This document shows, in pieces, positions 10,985 through 22,854 of a DNA stretch of 64,000 nt (position 1 is the stretch's first letter; each line of letters starts with the position of its first letter). The notes below the pieces were generated by a model that was not told the DNA's origin, did not search any database, and was given only the letters and a program-made list of their open reading frames with translations. This DNA comes from Squalus acanthias (lineage: Eukaryota). Made by a program: the position numbers and the translations under genes. The stretch is taken from the NCBI GenBank assembly GCA_030390025.1, contig CM059431.1, positions 138,944,001 through 139,008,000 on the forward strand, written 5' to 3'.

Positions 10985-12390
10985 GAATAGAACGAATCCC
11001 GCTCGGAGTTCTGTGCCAGTTATAGCTACACACGATGGCAAAGGTCCCCATGGAACTGGGTGGCAGGAGGAGCCGTGGTACGGCCGGAGTGAACCGAATA
11101 TATTTGGAAAACCAATACCTTCGACAATTGGCACTAGAAGGCCTAATGAAGCGCGTTCTAAGTCAGCAGAATGGGTTGGTAGAAATGAAAGATTAACTAC
11201 AGGCCGTCCTTTCATTTATGGAATTGACTCATGAGGATAAGGAAGTCGTGGAAAAACTAAATGCTGTTAAAAATAATCAGGACAAAATAACCTGCAATAT
11301 TACAAATGCAGTGGCATGTGCCATCTATCCGGCATAATGGGAAAACGCAGTTACAATAAGTTTGATGGATCTCTGGGAAGGTCGCATCCCAGAATGTATT
11401 CCCGACTCCACATCAGATGGATGTTTGGGAACACGACACCATACTTATCTGGCTGGACAGTTTGTTAATGCTTAACTGCTTAGGAGTTCGTGAAAAAAAT
11501 ACGAGAGACACTACCCGTATTCCTCTGTTGGTTGGTTGATAAAGAAGGTTTCTCTCTTCACTGATGCTGCCTGACCTGCTGAGTTTCTCCAGCATTTTCT
11601 GTTTCTATTTATGATAAAGAAGGAAATCCGGTTCCACTTGTTCTGAGTACAGTCCATTGGGCAAGTCGAGGGTGGTCGCTTTGTACAGATGAGAGACCCA
11701 CCCGACTACTTGCCAAATGGAGAGAAGGAGTGGGGAGCCGGAGGTCTTACAGGATGTGAGTGAGACGGGAATACTTGGTTATGTGGATATGACGTCATCA
11801 AAGACCAGGCGTGTGGTTACACATTGCCTCCCAGTGCCCGGTCTGTAAGATATCCCTGATGTCGAACTGAGAAGGAAAAAGTACAAGTACCGAGGGAAAG
11901 GGGAGGATTCCTTCACCACCTCAGCAATCAGCTTTATGCATGGTAGCGTCACCTGTCCACAGCCCTCAGCCAGTGGGTGTGTCGGACCCCGCTGTAAAGT
12001 GACCATGGGGGATAAGGTACTTGTGGCACAAAGATGCCACAATGTCACACATATTCAGGTAGAGGCTTCATCCATAGAAGGAATACAACAGGGAATTGTC
12101 GCCTTTGGGCAGCCGATATTCCCGCTCTCCTTTGATTTCATGTCGGTTCTGGATCGGACTGCAACGTCCCAAGAGGATCTGCTCTACAGACAGCAAAATA
12201 ATACCAGAACCAAACAGGAGAATCAAAAGATAGGGAACCATTCATGGTAGGAGATGGTGTAAAAAGCCGATAAACAGCAATGGTATCGCCTGCTGTCAGA
12301 ATTTCTAATCAATGGCCAGATCGCGCTGCTGGGAGTTTACTCGCCTTATTCTGGTGGATCAGACGGGCGAGCTAAAGTACATGAAATGGT
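10985..12390 (+). pseudogene. Decayed env gene of an LTR element, resembling a class I fusion glycoprotein
   Basis: Reconstructed across stops and frameshifts: RWQR|SPWNWVAGGA.GTAGVNRIYLEN (cleavage site plus fusion-peptide-like segment), heptad region LRQLALEGLMKRVLSQQN..., DLWEGRIPEC, Cys-rich GLTGCE*DGNTWLCGYD..CG..C..TCPQP..GCVGPRC, then a W-rich juxtamembrane and a hydrophobic TM-like segment WYRLLSEFLINGQIALLGV.LALFWWIRR. Confidence 0.65.
11549..11611 (+). mobile_element. 63-bp Penelope-like terminal fragment inserted in env, with a 12-bp TSD
   Basis: Direct repeat TGATAAAGAAGG at 11537-11548 and 11612-11623. Confidence 0.75.
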
Positions 12391-12404
12391 ATCACGACTC
12401 AAAA

Positions 12405-13040
12405 TGTAATCTTCTTATAATCGTATAATATTATAATAATATATATATATGTGTGTAATCAGGCTCCAATGCCAATGTTTGTGCGCGGTTCTGTAACATT
12501 GTCACGGGATGCGCAATGATGTCACGTGCCTGAATGGTGAGATTGACATGGCCCGACTTCAAGCGATGTAAAGTCAGTAATGTTGTTCAACCATTCTGTG
12601 ATGCTCCACAGGAAGGAGGTATAAGAAAGTTTTCCGTTTTTTCATCTCGCCCTGCCTGTTTACAGCAAGTTAAAATGTCCTTGTGTCATACTGGCTGAGC
12701 TCGCGGATTATTGCTTGGGAACTAACTGAGCTTGTTGTTGCGAGAGCCTGACACTTACAGGTAACAGCTGGTGAACAACATGCGGTTAGGGACAAGGGCA
12801 GAGTGTACTAATTAGACACCAGCATATTGTGTATAATTATAGGGCGAGTGGTCAGTGGTTTTTAGCGGTCTGGGGCGTTGTGTTTCCTGATCACACACCT
12901 TCGTGTCACAGTCTGATCAGCTCGCGATCCACGGTAGTCAGTTTGTATATATGCTTACTGTTGTCATACAAACATTGTTACTGTTACTTAGCTTCAATAA
13001 ACGTAATCTTTGTACGGAACCTCGCCATCACAAACTTACA
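12405..13040 (+). mobile_element. LTR of the env-bearing element
   Basis: TGTAA...TTACA termini, TATA-like near 12831, AATAAA at 12996-13001. It lies directly after env and directly before a PBS. An alternative start at 12454 is possible. Confidence 0.7.
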
Positions 13041-13043
13041 TTC

Positions 13044-13057
13044 TGGCGTCCCTGGGT
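13044..13057 (+). promoter_or_regulatory. Primer-binding site complementary to the tRNA-Asn 3' end
   Basis: TGGCGTCCCTGGGT is a 14-nt match to the tRNA-Asn PBS TGGCGTCCCTGGGTGGGC, 3 nt after the LTR end. Confidence 0.75.
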
Positions 13058-13122
13058 AGACGACAGATCTCAGGGTGTAAGGGAGTTCAAGGCCCTTATT
13101 ACATCGCGTGTGACTAAACCTT

Positions 13123-13307
13123 GGCCTAGAAATTCGTCTCGGGCGGTGGCGGAAAACGGGCGGTATCAGATCGGCCGCCCGTTATAGTCAGGGCCTGATA
13201 TCCAGCTCCATTGACGGCACTAGAACTGAATATCAGGCGCTGAGTATAACGGGCGGCCGATCCGATACCGCCCGTTTTCGCCACCGCGCGAGACGAATTT
13301 ATAGCTC
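13123..13307. mobile_element. Palindromic Harbinger-type MITE with 3-bp TSD CTT
   Basis: Inverted arms of about 65 bp, GGCCTAGAAATTCGTCTCGGGCGG.../...CCGCGCGAGACGAATTTATAGCTC, with CTT on both sides. A related remnant lies at about 54985-55080. Confidence 0.85.
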
Positions 13308-13749
13308 CTTGTGTTCCGACCTTGAAGCGGCAGCGAGCAGCAGCTGCGGCTCTGGAGCAGTGCCCGTATCCCATTGGGTTTGGCTGTGCAGAGTCTGGGC
13401 TCCCGGAAGTGCAGAATGTCGAAGGCCAGATGTGGAGTTGTTGAATTTATTGTCTCCTGGCCGGGGCCGGTATCTTAATCTCAGGTCCCGGAGTGGAGGC
13501 AGTGGGAGAGGTGCAGAATATTGGAACCGTCCCAAATTAAAAATGGTACACCGCAGTCCGGCACACCGGGAAACCCAGGCGATTCAGTAGGAACTGGAGC
13601 TCCGGGTGGAGGAATAGAACTGGGTTAAATGGCATTGTTTGGGGAAATTTATGTTGATCCAGTTCACATCACGGAGCTGCTGCCAAGGAGTGAAAGCGAA
13701 GGTAAACTCTGATGGTTCTGAGAACTCTAATGGGAGACACACCGGATCC

Positions 13750-16700
13750 TGTTTGCCAAATATGTAGTTACCGTGTCTTTAAAATGATTTGTGTTCAGGC
13801 CTGTCAAAGCAGACACGACTACAGATATCTGCACATACTAAAATCAAACCTAAGCTTTATTTCTGACAGACTTGGCGACATTCCCCAACAGTAAGAGGAT
13901 TATCTCACGACATTCCAGAATCAGACAATCTTACCGAGCGTAGGACACAGCAATCACAGCCCACACTCTCTGTCCGGGGAACTGTGGCAGCTGAGGCTCT
14001 TCTATGGAGGGTTCTCGCGGGTCAACTTCTAGATGGAAAATCACTATTTTGATATCTTTCCTTGTGATTCTGCCCATGGGGATGTGACTGTCAGCATTTC
14101 TCACCAGTTGTATTCCTTCCGATCAACACACTCTTTCATTCACATGGAGTGTCAAATCAGATGTTTCTCTTCCGGCAACCTAACACCTCAGCTTATTCTC
14201 CATAGTCTAACACCATATCGCCCAGCACATACTCTTATGCAGCTGGTTATTGGTCTCTGACTGAGAACGTGCAGCTCTGAAGTATCTTTCTCAACGATGT
14301 TCTATTTAGACACGAGCACTTCTGTTCGTAGCTTTCTATCCAACGTCATGTTCTCACATTGGGTACCCCTACTGTGTCAAGGCAATAAGCAGACACGTTT
14401 GTCTCCAGTTTTTCTTTTCTCCTTTTGGTTGAGAAATCTATTGAACCGAAAGTTCCCTTTTTATACACATTTGCAATAGTGGCTCTTTCTTCTAGTATGC
14501 TTCGATGTAAAAGTTGGACTACCGTGTTAACAGACAGGAGCTGAGAATGAGCATCACTACACTCCCGCAGATATAGAGTTAGACTAACGTGTTAACAGAC
14601 GGGAGCTGAGAATGATCATCACTACATTACCGCAGATATAGAGTTAGACTATCGTGTTAACAGCCAGGAGCTGGGATTGATCATCACTACACTCCCGCAG
14701 ATATAGAGTTAGACTGTCGTGTTAAAGGACAGGAGCTGGGAATGATCATCTCTACACTCCCGCAGATAAAGAGTTAGACTATCGTGTCAACAGACAGGAG
14801 CCGGGAATGAGCAACACCACACTCCCGCAGATATAGAGTTAGACTGTCGTGTTAACAACAGGAGCTGGGAATGTTCATCACTATAGTCGCGCAAATATAG
14901 AGTTAGACTATCTTGTCAACCGACAGTAGCTGAGAATGATCACCACTGCACTCCCGCAGATATAGAGTTAGACTGTCGAGTTAGTAGATGGGAGCTGGGA
15001 ATGATCATCACTGCACTCCCACAGAAATAGAGTTAGAATGTCGCGTTAACAGACAGGTGCTGGGAATGATCATCACTGCACTCTCGCAGATATAGAGTTA
15101 GACTATCGTGTTAACAGACAGGAGCTGAGAATAAGCATCACTACACTCCCACAGATATAGAGTTAGACTATCGTGATAACAGACAGGAGCTGGGAATGAG
15201 CAACACTACACTCCCCCAGATATAGAGTTAGACTGTCGTGTTAACAACAGGAGCTGGGAATGATCATCACTACAGTCCCACAGATATAGAGTTAGACTAT
15301 CGTGTTAACAGACAGGAGCTGGGAATGATCATCACTGCTCTCCCGCAGATATAGAGTTAGACTGTCGTGTTAACAGACAGGAGCTGGGAATGATCATCAC
15401 TGCACTCAAGCAGATATAGAGTTAGACTGTCGTGTTAACAACAGGAGATGGGAATGATCATCACTACACTCCCGCAGATATAGAGTTAGAATATCGTGTT
15501 AACAGACAGGAGCTGGGAATGATCATCACTACACTCCCGCAGATATAGAGTTAGAATATCGTGTTAACAGACAAGAGCTGAGAATGATCATCACTACACT
15601 CCCGCAGATATGGAGTTAGACTATCGTGTTAACAGACAGGAGATGGGAATGATCATCACTACACTCCCGCAGATATAGAGTTAGAATATCGTGTTAACAG
15701 ACAGCAGCTGGTAATGATCATCAATACACTCACACAGATAAAGATTTAGACTATAGTGTTAACAGACAGGAGCTGGGAATAATCATCACTGCAGTCCCGC
15801 AGATATAGAGTTAGACTGTCGTGTTAACAGACAGGAGCTGAGAATGATCATCACTACACTCCCGCAGATGTAGAGTTAGACTGTCGTGTTAACAGACAGG
15901 AGCTGGGAATGATAATCACTACACTCCCGCAGATGTAGAGTTAGACTGTCGTGTTAACAACAGGAGCTGGGAATGATCATCACTGCACTCCCGCAGATAT
16001 AGAGTTAGACTATCGTGTTAACAGACAGCAGCTGGTAATGATCATCACTACACTACCGCAGATATAGAGTTAGACTGTCATGTTAACAACAGGAGCTGGG
16101 AATGATCATCACTGCACTCTAGCAGATATAGGAGTTAGACTGTCGTGTTAACAGACAGGAGATGGGAATGATCATCACTACACTCCCGCAGATATAGAGT
16201 TAGAATATCGTGTTAACAGACAGCAGCTGGTAATGATCATCAATACACTCACACAGATAAAGATTTAGACTGTCGTGTTAACATACAGGAGCTGGGAATG
16301 ATCATCACTGCACTCCCCAGATATAGAGTTAGACTATCGTGTTAACAGACAGGAGCTGGGAATGATCATCACTGCAATCCCACAGATATAGAGTTACACT
16401 GTCGTGTTAACAGACAGGAGCTGGGAATGATAATCACTGCACTGCCGCAGATATAGAGTTAGACTATCGTGTTAACAGACAGGAGCTGGGAATGTTCATC
16501 ACTGCACTCCCGCAGATATAGAGATAGATTATCGTGTTTACAGACAGGAGCTGGGAATGATCATCACTGCACTCCCGCAGATATAGAGTTAGACTATCGT
16601 GTTAACAGACAGGAGCTGGGAATGATCATCACTGCACTCCCGCAGATATAGAGTTAGACTGTCGTGTTAACAGACAGGAGCTGGAAATGATCATCACTGC

Positions 16701-16950
16701 ACTCCAGCAGACATAGAGTTAGACTATCGTGTTAACAGACAGGAGCTGGGAATGATCATCACTGCACTCCCGCAGATATAGAGTTAGACTATCGTGTTAA
16801 CAGACAGGAGCTGACAATGAGTATCACTACACTCCCGCAGATATAGAGTTAGACTATCGTGTTAACAGACAGGAGCTGGGAATGATCATCACTAAACTAC
16901 CGCTGCACGTTGTTAATGAACATTTATGAACCTTCCCTAATTCGGCTACA
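13750..16950 (-). mobile_element. Solo LTR with a 6-bp TSD (GGATCC) containing an expanded satellite
   Basis: TG...CA termini (TGTTTGCCAAAT / ATTCGGCTACA), GGATCC at 13744-13749 and 16951-16956, minus-strand TATAAAA at 14459-14465 and AATAAA at 13856-13861. Confidence 0.7.
14512..16902. repeat. 65-bp tandem repeat, about 37 copies
   Basis: Unit AGAGTTAGACTATCGTGTTAACAGACAGGAGCTGGGAATGATCATCACTGCACTCCCGCAGATAT. Confidence 0.97.
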
Positions 16951-17153
16951 GGATCCCTGCTGGTGTGGCTGCTGCCCCGGCGAACACAGCAAATAATTGT
17001 TAACTTCATCAGCTTTTATTTTACTTTATTTATATATTTTCCAAACATCTCTCATTTTGAGATTTCCAGAAAGAAGGACGCTTTTAAACAGAAAACGAGA
17101 TGAAATTTCGCTTTACTTACTAGAGGAACATTTGGTTTGACTTAATGTTTTTC

Positions 17154-18741
17154 TCATCTTTTAATCCAGTTTAGAATGAGTTTCATGGGAGATATTAGTA
17201 AATTCTTCAACTCCTCTCTGAATTTCCTCTGGGTAGCTGCATAAATACATGTGTTTGTGCAGGAACTCAAATACAGTTCTGTGGCGATATATCCAGGGTT
17301 TGAGTAATCCCCTTGGTAATAAACGGTGCTTGAGAGCCTGGTGGCTGCAAAACTCCTGACAGATGTCAGCGACAGGAGTATAAAACTGCCCGATATAGTG
17401 AAGAGTAAAATAATGGATTTCCTTCGGTTCTCCATCTCTGGATCGCTCTGATTCTCACTGCTGTGACCCCGGAGTCCCCTGCGGGCTCTACTGGCCATTA
17501 AAATACGACTCACTGTCAAAGAATTAAACAGGGCCATGAAAGTGAAAGGAAGCAATGGGACTGACAGAGTCTGGATCCAGATGTATACTGAGCATGCAGG
17601 TAATGTAAAAACGTCCACAGTTGTCCGGCAACCTTACAGCACATTGTTAATTATTCGTTCAGCTTCATATGAAAACAAGATAGGGATGCCCTTTAAATAG
17701 GTCAGGACAGAGACCGTTACTATAACCGCGGTGGCGGTTCTCTTGGTGCAATTCTTCCCTTTAAACCCCTGACAGCAGATCACCACAAGTTAGACAAATG
17801 TGAAGGAGACTGTAAACCACACCGACATATCCAGTATGGCAAAGGTTATATACAGAAGGAACTTACAAACGGCAGTATTGGACAGGAATGAATATGGAAA
17901 GTGATAATTGAATATCAAATACATTATTACATTGACGATAATGACCAGTAGATCTGCTGTTGCCATGGCCAACACGTAGACAGAGATACACTTGGAAAGG
18001 CCGCAGTTTCCTCAGGAGAGAATCACAATTGTCAGTAGGTTTGCTGCAAGAGAGAGAGAGAAGAGGAAAGTTATTGGGGGACACACGGAAGTGTTCAGCT
18101 GTGTCGCTGCCTCGGGTGAGATTCACGGGAGCCTTTTTAATAGCGAGCATTAAAGAGAAATTTAAAAAGAAAGAAAACATTACACAGAAAAACTAGAGGG
18201 ATACAAATCCGTGATCCTTCCAGTAGAGTCCGGCTGGAAGTTTCCAAGGGAGCGGGATCGGGCGGGTTGGCTGGGCGCAGGGTTAGGAAGACTCAGGTGA
18301 GGTGGATATGTCTGTAACACGAGTAATGGTCCACATTATGTAAAGTGATCAAAGATAGTAATTGAATCAGTCTCATGGAAACCAAACAGCCAATATTTAG
18401 TGAGCGGCCTCCTGTACAAGGGAAAAGCGAACCCCGCCGTCCCGCGGAATAGGGAGGAGATTCGAGCGCCGAGTCCCCACGATTAATCGCCCAGAATAGC
18501 GCCTCACCTGCCGCCCGGACAGGTGTGAGAACCGATGATATTCCCGAGTTTATTCCAGCGGGCTCTGTGATTTTACAGGGTGGATAAAATCGGGAAGTTG
18601 TTACAATATTCAACAGGCACCAAAACTGTCAGCTAGTCCACAACTATTACTCAACAGGATGCACTAACTTACCGGGAACACCAAATGCTGCGAGAAGCGG
18701 GAAGTAAATGTCCTTTATCTGTAGAATTGCTGCTTTCCCAT
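17154..18741 (-). pseudogene. GPR139-like class A GPCR pseudogene, copy 1 (exon 1 18673-18741, exon 2 17154-18043)
   Basis: Motifs ANLLTIVILS*GNCGLSKCIS..AMATADLL, DMSVWFTVSFTF, DPEMENRRKSIILLF and LSSCTNTCIYAATQRKFREEL. Lesions: 1-nt deletion in exon 1, TGA after TM1, DRF replaced by V*L, and a further stop in ECL2. Confidence 0.9.
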
Positions 18742-18809
18742 TTTCACAACAACAGCTGAATTCTCTCCGCGCTCCTCAGTTCCTACTGAAGTACATTTGA
18801 GATCCGATA

Positions 18810-18945
18810 ACGCTCCCTCTTTATACAGCAATCGGTGCCCCGGTGAGAAAATAAGGTTATTTAATAATTGGCGTTAGTTACAGTCACTCAATAAATAAAG
18901 GGAGATTTTCCGCTTCAGCGCACCCGGGAGGCAATGGGAAATTGT
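18810..18945 (-). promoter_or_regulatory. Proximal promoter of GPCR copy 1 (TATAAAG at 18819-18825)
   Basis: Block strongly similar to 45640-45790 upstream of copy 2; TATA about 80 bp before the ATG in both. Confidence 0.6.
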
Positions 18946-19592
18946 GCTCCTCAGTTCATGAAGCTCCGCCCATTAAAATTACTGAACGGAATGTAATCTC
19001 AGAGGGAATGCTCTCTGGGCACGGCCCCGTATCCCTGAAGCGAGCGTCTCCTCTGAATTCTGGGTTACAGATATGAGACCGAGGGGGAAAAATTCAGTTG
19101 GTTGCGCCTCCCGTTAGCGCCTTAAGAGGGCGCTAATGGGGCGCAAAGCAGCTAGTGCCCGGGCGCAGCGATGTTTGCGCCGCTCACGAAATTAACTACA
19201 CATTTTGCGGCGGCGCTAAACTTTATCGCCGCGATCTCCTGCGTGCGCAGATTGTGACATCATACGAGAGTGCAACGCCCTTGTGGCGCCCCGGAGCAGA
19301 ATTTCAGTGGCGCCCCCATCCTTACCGCCTGGCGCATCCAACGACCAGTAGAGTGGAACGCTATCAATCGCTGTGGGGCTGGGGGCGGCGCTATTTAAAG
19401 GGGGCCTCTTCCTGTCTTTCTCTGTGGTTGACATTTTTGCACCACTCGTTCTGAGAGAGAGAGAGAGATTCGGAGAGAGAGAAAGAGAGACTTCTGCATT
19501 GAGTCAACGCTGTGTGAGGTAGTTTTGGCTACTCATCCTAACTTCGCTGGTACTTTGGTTTCTGGCCTTCATAACTTTGCTTGCTAAGAGAT

Positions 19593-20623
19593 ATGGGGGC
19601 TGCACTGATGGGGGGCGTCGTCCTGCGCCAGCTGAATCGGAGGAGACAGAGACGCAGAGAGAGAGTGGCAATGATGGCCAGATGGAGGAGGGCCAACAGG
19701 CGTCTGTACAGGAGAGCTTACCCTCCCAGGGTATATCGTGAACAGCTCGCCTACATTCATATGTCTGAGGAGCAGTGTCTGCAAAGGCTGCGCTTCAGCA
19801 AGGAGGTGGTCACTGAGCTCTGCCACCTGCTGCAGCCAGATCTGCAGCCTCAACTGAGGTCCAGGACGTCTCTGTCGGTGTCAGTGAAGGTCACAGTGGC
19901 TCTGAACTTTTATGCTACTGGCTCATTTCAATCTGCTGTTGGGGACATCGCCAATATCTCCCAGTTTGCGGTGCATTGCTGCATCTGGAAGGTCACAAAT
20001 GCCCTCTTTAAAAGGAGACGAGAGTTCATCTCTTTCCCCATGACCCCAGACAAGCAGCAAGAACGCGCTCTGGGCTTTGCGAGGATAGCGGGCTTCCCCA
20101 TGGTGCAGGGCGCCATTGACTGCACGCATGTGGCTTTGCGTGCTCCGCATGAGAATGCCGAGGATTTCCAGAACAGAAAGGGGTTCCATTCCTTGAATGT
20201 TCAGTTGGTCTGTGACCACAGACAGCTGATACTCGCTGTCAATGTCCACTATCCTGGCAGCTGCCACGATGCTTTCATCCTGCGCCAGACTACTGTGGCA
20301 GAACTTTTCGAGGCACCGCATCAGCCAGTTGGTTGGCTTCTCGGGGACAAGGGGTATCCACTGAGCACCTGGCTGATGACACCGCTCCGTACGCCCAACA
20401 CCCCTGCTGAGCTGTGGTACAACGAGAGCCATCAAGCTACCAGGAACATCGTGGAGCACACAATGGGCGTGCTCAAGCAACGGTTCCGCTGTCGCGACCA
20501 TTCTGCAGGAGCCCTGCAGTACTCGCCTGAGCGAGTTTCCAACATCGTAGTTGTGTGCTGCATGCTGCATAACATGGCAATCCTCAGGACCCAGCCAATG
20601 CCACCAGGCCTTGGAGCACCACC

Positions 20624-20654
<31 letters not shown>

Positions 20655-20753
20655 GAGGAGGATGATCAGCAGCAGCACCAAGGCGTGAGGGTGGCCCACA
20701 ATGGTGAAACTGCAAGGGCCGTCCGTCAGTGGCTGATAGCAAGCCGCTTCTAG
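19593..20753 (+). CDS. Harbinger DDE transposase (HARBI1-like), intact, 386 aa
   Basis: GAIDCTH, NRKGFHSLNVQLVCD, PGSCHDAFIL, LLGDKGYPL, YNESH..TRNIVEHTMGVLKQRF and CCMLHN motifs; no stops; first ATG at 19593. Confidence 0.93.
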
Positions 20754-21064
20754 GCCCCTGCTGTGGAAGTGGCTTCTGCCATTGAGAACAGCAAGAATGA
20801 ACCCAACACGCAACCCCTAAGCCGGCCAAGGCACCAATGATTCCAAACACCAAACATGTATATTTTGAGTAACAAAACTTATTTATTTTACAAACTCTGT
20901 GTGTGTCATTTCTTCATGACAAACTCATACAAAGAAACACAAAAAAACAGTCATTACCATAACTGGTTCTCACAACCTGGAGATCATGTGCAAAACACTC
21001 AACAAAAGTTTGACCACGAACCTCGGCCTTTAATAAAAAAATGACCAGCATTTTGTCAAACCTC

Positions 21065-22854
21065 CTACATCGAGGGTGAACTCCTTCCCGTGCGCCCTTC
21101 GCCCCTTCTTACCCTACTGCTCCTCCGCAATGGGACCTCAGTGGCTGCAGCAAGGCTGGTGGAAGGCTGCTGACTGTCAGGCCCTGACAATGCAGATGCC
21201 CTTGAGGGACGGCCTCGACCAGTTCTGGGCCTGGAGGGCCCGGCTGCAGACTGCACCAACTCTGCATGGGCGGCAGCAGTCTGTCCTACAGGCGGTGGCA
21301 ACTGCAGTGGAGAAGTGACAGTGGTGGCAGCAGGAATGCTGTCATCTTGAGCGAGGACAGCAACTCCCTGCTCGACCGGCACACTGGCACTCCCACGGGG
21401 CAGCACCTCAGCATCCGGAGCAATCTGCTGGAGCACAGATTGCTGGCCTGCTGCGGCGCAGTGAGAGCCCCGGGGAAATGTGAACGAACCAGCGAGGATG
21501 GCAGCAGACAGTGCTCGCGTGGCCTCAATCTGAGTCTGCATGAGAGCAGTCTGAGATTGAATTGCAGCACTGAGCTTCAGTGTCGCATCCGCCTGCGCTG
21601 CAGCGAAGTGCTCCACACTCCTTGCCAGTGCTTCAATGCATTCGGGCACCCTACCCACTGCAGCCATGAGCTCAGTGTGCATGCCCACCGCCTGGGTGTT
21701 CATTTCCACGATCAGCCACTCCTCCTCTGCGTCCAGTGCAGCAGGACTCGCTGGCATACTCTCCCTCCGGGGAGAAGGCCCCCGAGCTTCCCTACCCCCA
21801 TCGCGTTGCTGCAGCCCGCTGGGTCCTGGAGCTTCACCCTCATCAGACCCTTCGCCCCTGCTCCCCTCCAGGGAAGGCGTGTTCCCAGTGTCGGCATGGG
21901 CTTCCTCGGGAGAGGGTGGCACTGATGCTCCGGCTTCCTCTTCCTCCTCGGCTGCAGCTTCACTCCCACTGGCAGCTTCAGGGCCCGTCTCCTCAGCTGG
22001 TGAATCACCATCTGAAAGCAGGGAGGTACAAGAGTGGCTTTAGCGTGAGGACAGGGTGGCAGTAAGGGAGGAATAAGTGCAGCGAGTTAGTAAGTTGGAT
22101 TGAAAGTGTCAAAGGCTGGTGTTGTGAGGGACAAGTGGAAGGACAGAGGACAAAAAGGTGATGACCTTACCATTGCTGTCCAGAACGGGGTCGGCGTCTC
22201 CAGTGGCGACGGGACCGATCACCCGGCTTGCCACAATCCTGTGGACGCGCTCCTCAAGATCGCTGAGGGGTTGCAGCTGAGGCCGCCCTCCACCTGTCCG
22301 TTGCTGCTGTCTCCTATTATGCGCCAGCTTGGCCTGCAAGAAAAAGGACGGCGTCTGAGTAAATATACAGCCATGGTCTTGCCTGATATGCCTCCCATAG
22401 GTGAATAGCCCTTACTGTATACAGCCATGGTCTTGCCTGATGTGCCTCCCATAGGTGAATAGCCCTTACTGTATGCAAAGTATGGAATGTGTGTGTGTGC
22501 TTCATGAAAGGGCCATAGGTGTTGGATGAGTGTTGTTAATTGTGGTTTTAAGACCCTCTGGCCATAGAGTGAGGTTGAGATAGAGGGATGGAGAGGTATT
22601 GCAAAAAAGCCACTCACCCTGACGACCCGAGTGAGGTCGTTGAACTTTTTCCGGCATTGGACATGGGTCCTGGGCACCATGCTCCTGGAGGAGACGCGCT
22701 GAGCCACCTCCCTCCACACTCTTCTGTAGTCGTGCGGCAAAGGCCTCCTGCCACTCTCTGGGTACAGTATTGCTCTTCGACGCTCCACCGCGCCAACCAG
22801 AGCATCCAAGGCCCGCTCGGTGAAGCGCTCAGCTCGTTCTCTCACCCTCTCCAT
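21065..22854 (-). CDS. Harbinger Myb/SANT-like DNA-binding protein, 3 exons (22618-22854, 22171-22333, 21065-22011), about 448 aa
   Basis: RFTERALDALV..W.EVA..VS..RTHVQCRKKFNDL, then AKLAHNRRQQQRTGGG. GT-AG sites have compatible phases (0, 1) and give a continuous ORF. Confidence 0.85.

Noticed and set aside
14512..16902. CRISPR-like array (also considered for 5030-6133)
   Set aside because: Head-to-tail units without unique spacers, no cas genes, and a vertebrate context.
19593..20753. Domesticated host gene HARBI1
   Set aside because: It lies inside TIRs with a partner Myb gene, so it is a transposon copy.
19923..21925. Long antisense ORFs (296 aa, 219 aa) over the Harbinger genes
   Set aside because: Shadow ORFs of GC-rich coding sequence with no recognisable motifs.
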